Assembly: GCA_965207225.1 (NCBI GenBank)
Contig: CBDBLV010000004.1
Location: 384,001 to 448,000 of the forward strand
Direction: 5' to 3'
Origin: Dehalococcoidia bacterium
Lineage (GTDB): Bacteria > Chloroflexota > Dehalococcoidia > Plut-88900
DNA: 64,000 bases
The notes under the pieces were generated by a model. It saw only the letters and a program-made list of their open reading frames with translations. It searched no databases and was not told the origin of the DNA. Positions 57,158 to 64,000 of the stretch are shown one piece after another; the stretch's first letter is position 1, and every line of letters begins with the position of its first letter. Position numbers and translations under genes: made by a program.

Positions 57158-58108
57158 TCAATTCTTCACCGGGACCCGAGGCAGACTCTCGTTAAGAAGT
57201 CGGATATGTTCGGGTCCGAGGCCGCAGCACCCCCCGATGAGCCGGGCCCCGGCCTCCACCCAGCCCCTCGCCGCCTCCAGGTAGTCATCCGGCGAGATTA
57301 TGGAGTCGAAGTTCCACTTGGGTCGGTCCCAGCTCCCGGAATGGGCATAGGCGCCAACGGACCCGTTCCACTTCTTTTTCATCACTTCCAGCGTGGGCCC
57401 TATGTGCTCAACCTCCGAGTGCATCACGATGGCCATGTCCCCGCCCAGCGCCATGACACTTTCCAGCATCTCCTCGAAGACTATTGCATCTCCTGTCGTA
57501 TATTCGCCCAGGGCCATGACGGGCTTGCCCGCCACCACCATACTGCTGAACCCCGACCATACGGGTATCCCGGTCTCCAAAGCCGCCTCGACTATCACGC
57601 TTGCCCGCTCCACGTCCCTGAGCATCTCCAGCAGGATCAGGTCCACCCCTTCCTCCGCCAATATCTGCGCCTGTTCCCGGTAGCTGTCCCTTAGCATGTC
57701 TAATGGTGGAGTCTCAAAGCCCGCAATCTCCGTATAGGCCCCGAAGGGTGATATCGACCCCGCCACCAGCACTGTCCTGCCTTCTGATGCCTCTTCAATG
57801 GCTTGCCTTGCCACCGACACGGCCATCGCATTTATCTCACGGGTAGCTTCCTCTTGCCCCGCGGTCTTCAGGCTGTGTCTTGCCGATGAGAAAGTGTTGG
57901 TCGTTATCACATCGGCCCCGGCGCGGATGTAGTCCTTGTGAACTTCCAGTAGGGTGTCGCTTCCGATCTTGCTCCCCAGCCCCGACCACACCAACTGGTC
58001 CATCACCACCCCACGCTTCTCGATCTCCGTGCTGATGGCGCCGTCCAGCAGTACCAGTTCACCCCCATCCATCCGCTCTTTCACAATGTCGTAAGCCGCA
58101 CTGGCCAT
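57158..58108 (-). CDS. Homocysteine S-methyltransferase family protein
   Basis: LLDGA, H.DYIRAGADVITTNTF, AGSISP, IGGCCGLGPEHI. Confidence 0.88.
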   Translation of the reverse strand: MASAAYDIVKERMDGGELVLLDGAISTEIEKRGVVMDQLVWSGLGSKIGSDTLLEVHKDYIRAGADVITTNTFSSARHSLKTAGQEEATREINAMAVSVARQAIEEASEGRTVLVAGSISPFGAYTEIAGFETPPLDMLRDSYREQAQILAEEGVDLILLEMLRDVERASVIVEAALETGIPVWSGFSSMVVAGKPVMALGEYTTGDAIVFEEMLESVMALGGDMAIVMHSEVEHIGPTLEVMKKKWNGSVGAYAHSGSWDRPKWNFDSIISPDDYLEAARGWVEAGARLIGGCCGLGPEHIRLLNESLPRVPVKN

Positions 58109-58199
58109 TTGGCAATTCCCTCTCCGCAGAAAGATCCCACCCACGTACCACCCCTCAGCCCCGACAGTATATCCCACCCCCTCTCCTCCCACTCCGTCC

Positions 58200-59150
58200 A
58201 TAGCCCCCCGACCACTCCGTCATTCCCGACCCCGATCGGGAATCCATCCCCGGCGGGGCGGGGCCGAGTCCCCCTCCCTCGTAGGGGCAATCCCTCGTGG
58301 TCGCCCTGGGGTGGGGCCGCTCACCCTGAGCGACGAGTCGAAGAGCCTGCCCCTGCGAAGGCAGGGGGTTGAGCGGGGGTGGCCCGCGCCCCGCCAATAC
58401 GCCACCTCAGTGTTCGACCAGTCCACGCTCCTCACTGTCATTCCGATGCCCCGCGAGGAATTTAAGGCGTCTTTCCCTAAATCCACCTTGCCCCCTGAAA
58501 CCCGCCCGCCCCCGACCCCGATCAGGAAACCATCCCTTGGGGCGGGGCCGCTCATGCTGAGGCCCTCTTAAGCATGCCCCGAGTCCCTCGAGGGGTATGA
58601 GCGGGGGGAGGTCCACGTCTTGCCAAACCGTCGCGTCACCCTACATCCCACCCCGCAAAGAATCTACCGCCCCCTCCCCAAACCCACCCTTTCCTTGCCA
58701 CTCTCACCTCTTACTGGCATCCCCCCTTGGTAAGGAATTATCAGAAATGCTGCCAAGCAGCATTTCTGATAATTCCATAAAACAGGGCGGGTGGGTGGGA
58801 ACCGATTAAATCCTGGGGTGTGGGGAGGTGTACCCTTTCTTCCTCCCCCCAGTATTGAACTAGGGGGAGAGAGTGACCCTTCCCAGGCGGAGGGGCCGCT
58901 CATGCTGAGGCCCTCTTAAGCATGCCCCGAGTCCCTCCAGGGGTATGAGCCGGGGGAGGCCCACGCCTTGCCACTCCGTCGCATCCCTCCATAACCAACC
59001 ACCACCTTCTCCCCTGTCACCCCGAGGCCTCGCACGGAACCTGGGGTGGGGGCCGTCCCCTTCCGTCATTCCTGCGGAGGCAGGAATCCATTCCTCCTAA
59101 ATAGTCGCTTGCATCCCAGCAATCCCCCTCCATTCCTGTCCCCCCAAAAC
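58200..59150. repeat. Large cluster of REP-like palindromic repeats, including an 82-bp direct repeat (58544-58625 / 58892-58973)
   Basis: Same modules as 20.6-21.3 kb and 22.9-23.0 kb in reverse complement. The 82-bp copies differ at 4 positions. Confidence 0.8.
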
Positions 59151-59165
59151 CACTCCAAATCACCC

Positions 59166-59193
59166 TTGACATCTATGACAATCGTGCTAAACT
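59166..59193 (+). promoter_or_regulatory. Sigma70-type promoter driving element B
   Basis: TTGACA-16 bp-TAAACT with a TGn extension. Confidence 0.7.
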
Positions 59194-59199
59194 GTTTCG

Positions 59200-59703
59200 C
59201 AGTTCGAACTAATAATCTCGTTATCCAAGGAGGAACCAAAAACCCCAGGGAAGCCCCCGAGACGTCCGGGACGCCATCTCCTCACCTTCACGGATCCCGT
59301 GCCCCTTCCCTATCCATCCAGGCGATGGAAGGTCCACAACACTCTTACGGTGCACTCTCTTTGAAAGAGCATGCCGTCTGTGCGGATACCGCAAGAACCG
59401 CATCTACGCCACCGGCATTGACCTTGCCGGCGCGTCTGAAGGCCGCAACAGGCCTTGTTGGGAATCCCGTCCATAAGTCGGATTCCTCTGGCGTCTACCA
59501 CGACGACTCTGGCGGGCTTTGCCCGCTCTTTCGGTGGTTCAACCTCTATGGTGGACTGCCTGACCCGTTCACATACCCATAGACCCACCGAATATCCGCA
59601 GGGCAGGCATACCCGCCCCCTGAAAACCGAGTCCCGGACCTTCCATCGCCGACCCCCTCAAAAACAGACAAAACGAAACCCGAGACCCCACAACTCAATA
59701 AAG
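59200..59703 (+). ncRNA. Candidate novel structured non-coding element, copy B
   Basis: Same three conserved blocks as copy A. Perfect 15-bp inverted arms at 59321-59335 and 59636-59650 enclose 300 nt of successive hairpins. Confidence 0.65.
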
Positions 59704-59711
59704 GCCCCTCG

Positions 59712-59740
59712 TTGACAACCGACCCTCCAAAAAGCATACT
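59712..59740 (+). promoter_or_regulatory. Putative sigma70 promoter of the LLM-comDE operon
   Basis: TTGACA-17 bp-CATACT, 36 bp before the ATG at 59777. Confidence 0.6.
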
Positions 59741-59776
59741 CGCCGATGCACCCGGCCCCAGGGAAAGGAGAGAGTC

Positions 59777-60955
59777 ATGACGCTGCCCGCCCGCATGAGA
59801 TTCGGCATTTTCATGGCCCCCTTCCACTGGGCCGCCGAGAACCCGACCCTCTCCCTTGAGCGCGACATGGAGCTCCTCGAATGGCTCGACCAGCTGGGCT
59901 ATGACGAAGCCTGGATCGGCGAGCACCACAGTGGAGGTTGGGAAACCATCGCCTCCCCGGAGGTATTCATAGCCGCAGCGGCGCAGCGCACCAAGCACAT
60001 CAAGCTCGGGACCGGTGTCCTCAGCCTGCCCTACCACCACCCGCTTATGGTCGCCAACCGGATGATCCTGCTCGACCACATGACCCGAGGCCGTGTGATG
60101 ATGGGTGTCGGGCCCGGGGCCCTGGTCGGCGACGCCTTCATGCTCGGCATCGATCCGCCCCTCCAGCGCCAGCGCATGGACGAGGCCCTCAACATCATCC
60201 TGCGCCTCTGGACCGAGACCGAACCCATCACCTACGAAGCCGACTGGTTCACCCTCAAAGAGGCCACCGTTCACCTCCGCCCCTACACCCTCCCCCACAT
60301 CCCCATCGCCGTTGCCGCTTCTTACTCCCCGGCGGGAATGGTGTGCGCTGGGAAATACGGGCTTTCCGTGTTGTCGCTCAACACCATATCCGTCCCGGGC
60401 GCTGCCGCCCCCGATCTGGCCAAGTTCTGGGACATCGCCGAGGAGACCGCCGACAAGTACGGACAGACCGTCAGCCGGGACGACTGGGGCATCGTCATCC
60501 ACGTCCACCTCGCCGAGAGCCGCAAGGAGGCCATAGAGCAGGCCCGAGAAGCCTCAGGGCGGTACCAGAAGGAGTATTTCGAGGACACCCTTGGCCTCCC
60601 CAGGGCCTACGATGGCCCACAGGACAAGATCATCGACCACATGGTAGCAACCAACAACTGGTGTGTCGGCACCCCCGACGACCTGGTCGACACCATCCTC
60701 CGCCTCGAAGAGGAGTCTGGCGGCTTCGGCCGGCTCCTGATCCAGGCCACCGAGTGGGGAACCCGGGAGCAGGTCCTCCACAGCTACGAGCTCCTCGCCC
60801 GCTACGTCATGCCCCGCTTCCAGGGCTCAGTGACCAGCCTCCACGAGTCCCGGGAGTGGTCCGTAAAGAAGCGTGAAGAGCTCGTCGCCATGAATACCAA
60901 GGCCATGGACAAGGCCAAGGCCGACTACGTCAAGAGCGTAGCCTCGGGCCCCTAG
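59777..60955 (+). CDS. LLM-class flavin-dependent monooxygenase (limonene monooxygenase-like subgroup)
   Basis: FGIFMAPFH, GYDEAWIGEHHSGGWE.IASPE, LPYHHP, LDHMTRGR..GVGPGAL. Confidence 0.9.
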   Translation: MTLPARMRFGIFMAPFHWAAENPTLSLERDMELLEWLDQLGYDEAWIGEHHSGGWETIASPEVFIAAAAQRTKHIKLGTGVLSLPYHHPLMVANRMILLDHMTRGRVMMGVGPGALVGDAFMLGIDPPLQRQRMDEALNIILRLWTETEPITYEADWFTLKEATVHLRPYTLPHIPIAVAASYSPAGMVCAGKYGLSVLSLNTISVPGAAAPDLAKFWDIAEETADKYGQTVSRDDWGIVIHVHLAESRKEAIEQAREASGRYQKEYFEDTLGLPRAYDGPQDKIIDHMVATNNWCVGTPDDLVDTILRLEEESGGFGRLLIQATEWGTREQVLHSYELLARYVMPRFQGSVTSLHESREWSVKKREELVAMNTKAMDKAKADYVKSVASGP

Positions 60956-60994
60956 CCCCGACCCAACACCCAAGATTTCGGAGAATATACAAAC

Positions 60995-61504
60995 ATGCCT
61001 AACTGGGCCGAGACCATACTTGAAGAGCTAAAGAAGAAAGAGATATCCCTCATAGCCTTCGTCCCCGACATCAGCATAGACAGGGTCACCTCCTTGCTGG
61101 AGAACGACCCCTATTTCCACGTTATAGCTGCGACCAGGGAGGAAGAGGCCATCGGCATAGCCTGCGGCGCCTTTGCCGCGGGCCGCAACGCCGCCGTTTT
61201 CATGCAGTCCAGCGGATTCGGCAACTCCATCAACGCCATCACCAGCCTGTGCACCACCTGCCGGTTCCCCGTACCTATCTTCATAAACCTGCGGGGCGAG
61301 GTCGGGGAGTTCAACATCGCGCAGGTCCCCATGGGCCGGGCCACGAGGCCCATCCTGGATGTCCTGAACATCCCCTTCTATACCCTGGACACCGACCATA
61401 ATCTCGACAAGACGGTCGGCGGGGCCCTTAAGCTGTGCTACAGCAGCCGGGAGCCCGTGGCCCTCTGCATGACCCCCCTGCTCCACGGAGGAAAACTTGC
61501 TTAG
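60995..61504 (+). CDS. comD: Sulfopyruvate/phosphonopyruvate decarboxylase-type alpha subunit
   Basis: FVPD, TREEEAIGIACGA, MQSSGFGNSINA, RGEVGEFNIAQVPMG. Confidence 0.7.
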   Translation: MPNWAETILEELKKKEISLIAFVPDISIDRVTSLLENDPYFHVIAATREEEAIGIACGAFAAGRNAAVFMQSSGFGNSINAITSLCTTCRFPVPIFINLRGEVGEFNIAQVPMGRATRPILDVLNIPFYTLDTDHNLDKTVGGALKLCYSSREPVALCMTPLLHGGKLA

Positions 61505-62093
61505 ACTCGACGCTACCAAGATGATCCTGTCCCACCTCAAGGACGAGGTTGTGATCTCGAACCTCGGCCCCACCACCGACGAACTGTGGATGGCCGGGCA
61601 TCGGGACCGCAACTTCTACACTTACGGCTCCATGGGCCTCTGTTCCTCCATGGCCCTCGGCATGGCCCTCTCCACCGACGAAAAGATAATCTCCTTGGAC
61701 GGGGACGGCTCCCTGCTGATGAACATGGGTGCTTTGGCCACGATAGCCCGTGAGAAGCCCAAAAACCTCATAGTCATCTGCTGGGACAACGAGGAGTGGG
61801 CCCAGACCGGTCACCAGAAGACCCACACCGCCTTTTCCACCGACCTCGAGAAGGTTGCGATAGGCTGTGGCATCGACAAGACCGCAACCGTCCGGGACAT
61901 CGAGTCCCTTGAAGGCGCCCTGCTTCGCGCCCTCTCCGAGGACGGGCCCTGGTACATCAACGCCAAGATCGAGGCCAGCGAAGAATACCCCGTGATGCCC
62001 ATAGAGCCGGAGGTCACCCTCTGGCGCTTCCGCCGCACCTTCACGGACATCCCCACCGGCCACCTCACCGCAATGCCCGAGGCCAGGCCCTAG
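61497..62093 (+). CDS. comE: Sulfopyruvate/phosphonopyruvate decarboxylase-type beta subunit
   Basis: NFY..GSMG, DGDGSLLMN, WDN...TG.Q; TTG start overlaps the alpha subunit. Confidence 0.7.
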   Translation: MLRLDATKMILSHLKDEVVISNLGPTTDELWMAGHRDRNFYTYGSMGLCSSMALGMALSTDEKIISLDGDGSLLMNMGALATIAREKPKNLIVICWDNEEWAQTGHQKTHTAFSTDLEKVAIGCGIDKTATVRDIESLEGALLRALSEDGPWYINAKIEASEEYPVMPIEPEVTLWRFRRTFTDIPTGHLTAMPEARP

Positions 62094-63292
62094 ACCCGTA
62101 CCACGTACAGGTCCCGCTCCTGCTCGGTCAGCACCTCGCAGCCGTCTTCGGTGATGGCGATTGTTTCGCTCATCCCCACCCCGAACCGCCCCGGGGCCCG
62201 GTACGTGATGGGCATGTGGAAGGTCATACCCGGCAGCAACTCCTGCTCGACTCCCTCGGCAAACCAGGTCAGGGCTTCCGACCAGGTCGGCGGGAAGCCG
62301 ATGCCCACGTTGTACCCGTAAGTCCCCCCGAAGTGGGTCATATCATCAACTCGGGCGTAGACCTTCTTCGCCGCCATCGCAACCTCGTGGCCCGTGCGGC
62401 CGGGCCTCGCCTCCTGGATGATGGTCGACACCGTGTCCTTGACGGCATCAGCGACACGGAGCACATCTTCGGAGGGCTCCCCAATAACTGCCGTGCGCAT
62501 CATCGGCGCCGTGTATCGCTGGTGTGCGCCGCCATACTCCAGGAACACGTTGTCTCCAAATTCCAGGGGTATACGTCGATAGGTCGTATGCCCATAGCTT
62601 GTTCTGATGCCCGACGACACGATAGGTTGCACGGACATGAACTCGCTTCCCGCTGCAATCATGGCGTCGTACCCGACCCTCGCCACGTCGTTGTCGAGAA
62701 TCCCCGGCCTGATAGCCTCCAACGAGGCGTTGATTGCAGCCCTGGTGTAGCCGGCCGCCTTTCGCAGGAAGTCCAGTTCCAGGGGTGATTTCACCAACCG
62801 CACCCGACCCACGAGGTCCGAGGCATCCGCCAATGAAGCCAGTGGCAGCGACGACTCCAACGATTGCAAAACCGGCGGCATGAGCCCGGGCCTCGAGGGC
62901 TCGATGCCCAGCCGCCCCGACTCCAGGCCCATCTCCCGGACCAGTTCTGCAAGTTGCTCTCCGGCGCTCTCCTGCCCCCGCCATTCCGCAATGACAAAGC
63001 TCTTCACCCACGAATTCACGACACCCGCGGGAATTTCCATGGAAGTCAACTGCAGTGCCGCGTCCCCATTCAACGGCAGGACCAGGCACGCATGGTTCCC
63101 GACCCCGAAAGTGTAGTACCCGCTCACGTAGTACAGGTTGCACGGGTAGGTCACCAGAAGGGCGTCGAGGCCTTCCGCCTCCATTTCCTTCCGCACTTTC
63201 CTGACCCGCTCGTGGTACTCCTCTTCGGGGAACGGGACCCCACTCCTATGAGAGGTTGCCATTAGTCCTGCCAGGTACTGGTCTGCGTCCAT
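62090..63292 (-). CDS. M24 (Xaa-Pro peptidase/creatinase) family protein, ectoine hydrolase-like
   Basis: FPEEEY.ERV, NLYYVSGY, R.VKSP.E, RY.APMMRT, GY.VGIGFPP.W, PGMTFH, SETI.ITEDGCE. Confidence 0.85.
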   Translation of the reverse strand: MDADQYLAGLMATSHRSGVPFPEEEYHERVRKVRKEMEAEGLDALLVTYPCNLYYVSGYYTFGVGNHACLVLPLNGDAALQLTSMEIPAGVVNSWVKSFVIAEWRGQESAGEQLAELVREMGLESGRLGIEPSRPGLMPPVLQSLESSLPLASLADASDLVGRVRLVKSPLELDFLRKAAGYTRAAINASLEAIRPGILDNDVARVGYDAMIAAGSEFMSVQPIVSSGIRTSYGHTTYRRIPLEFGDNVFLEYGGAHQRYTAPMMRTAVIGEPSEDVLRVADAVKDTVSTIIQEARPGRTGHEVAMAAKKVYARVDDMTHFGGTYGYNVGIGFPPTWSEALTWFAEGVEQELLPGMTFHMPITYRAPGRFGVGMSETIAITEDGCEVLTEQERDLYVVRV

Positions 63293-63348
63293 ATATCTCT
63301 CCTGTTTGGATATATCCTCCGTTCCCGCAACTATTCTACGCTGTCTCT

Positions 63349-63400
63349 ATGTCATCCCGAACGCCCTCCTCATGTCATCCTGAACGGCAGTGAGGGATCT
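63349..63400. repeat. Short REP-like repeat (TGTCATCC.GAAC...GAGGGATCT)
   Basis: ATGTCATCCCGAACG and ATGTCATCCTGAACG in tandem; related to the GTCATTCC module seen elsewhere in the window. Confidence 0.5.
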
Positions 63401-63522
63401 GGGGTTGGGTGGTGCAGGTCCTGTGTTGAACCTGCGGTCTCGGAATCGCATAGTAGCGTCCATGTAGTCGGCGGACCATCTTCGCTCAACACGACCCCCG
63501 GCTATCCCGCTATAATCACCCT

Positions 63523-64000
63523 ATGCCAGACTCAACCCACAGTATCTCCGATACAGCCTGGCAGGAGGACGACTCCCAGGTCTTCCTCCGCTACGGCCCC
63601 CTTTTCATCCCCCGGCGGGAGGAGCAGATCGAGACTGTCTGCCGGCTGGTCCCGGCAGAGCCGGAAGAGGAATTTAACGCAGTGGAACTCGGCGCGGGAG
63701 ACGGGGCCCTTGCCACTGCCATGCTTTCTTTCTTCCCCAACTGTAATTACCTGGCCCTGGACGGCTCCGATCTCATGCGAGAACGCCTGGAGGCTTTGCC
63801 CGAGTCCCGCGCAGGCCGCCTACGGGTCTCCGACTTTGACCTTGCCGATGCCCGGTGGCCCGCTCTTCTACCCTCCCCACTCCGCTGCATCCTCGCATCC
63901 CTCATCGTCCATCATCTGGACGGCGATCAAGCCAAGAGGGACCTCTTCTCAAAGGTCGCCTCCGGCCTGGAACCCGGCGGCGCGTTCATAATCGTAGACC
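63523..64000 (+). CDS. Class I SAM-dependent methyltransferase (partial, runs off window end)
   Basis: Manual translation MPDSTHS...IPRREEQ...VELGAGDG...LDGS..M...VHHL...LEPGG. TATAAT lies 6 nt before the ATG, so the mRNA is probably leaderless. Confidence 0.85.
   Translation, partial: MPDSTHSISDTAWQEDDSQVFLRYGPLFIPRREEQIETVCRLVPAEPEEEFNAVELGAGDGALATAMLSFFPNCNYLALDGSDLMRERLEALPESRAGRLRVSDFDLADARWPALLPSPLRCILASLIVHHLDGDQAKRDLFSKVASGLEPGGAFIIVD

Noticed and set aside
59046-59582. 178-aa ORF across element B (and 19770-20102 in A) as real genes
   Set aside because: The ORF starts within repeats, runs through the promoter and has no motif. The equivalent frame in copy A stops after 24 codons from the shared ATG.
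898-63265. Many long antisense or alternative-frame ORFs in the track (e.g. 898-1629, 5335-6606, 28594-29919, 38796-40055, 45976-47154, 53218-54258, 59546-60508)
   Set aside because: They overlap well-supported genes and lack family motifs; such shadow ORFs are expected in high-GC DNA.

Overview
High-GC bacterial chromosomal segment. Gene content suggests Chloroflexota, probably Dehalococcoidia/SAR202-like (inference: minimal mraZ-rsmH-ftsZ cluster, several LLM, SDR, ThDP and CoA-transferase paralogs). About 1-26 kb is mostly housekeeping: degV-like, yggT, proC, nrdR/nrdJ, ftsZ, rsmH, mraZ, trmD, two tRNAs, mtaB, fabF, recJ, ccdA, lgt, xerD, uvrC. About 27-64 kb is a catabolic/accessory region with hicAB and vapBC. 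The best candidate for an undescribed system is a non-coding element present twice, about 39 kb apart and in opposite orientation (A about 19832-20586, minus; B about 59200-59703, plus). Each copy has its own sigma70-type promoter and conserved 5' and 3' frames. A covarying long-range stem (GGCGATGGAA...TTCCATCGCC) encloses a 300-427 nt hairpin-rich interior that differs between copies. Other notable points: a circularly permuted CcdA, a XerD half-site in the xerD promoter, probable non-AUG starts (DEAD-box helicase, proC), an HpnR-like B12 radical SAM gene just upstream of fabF, and tandem SDRs with a rearranged catalytic motif. All calls come from reading motifs by eye; no database searches or folding programs were run.
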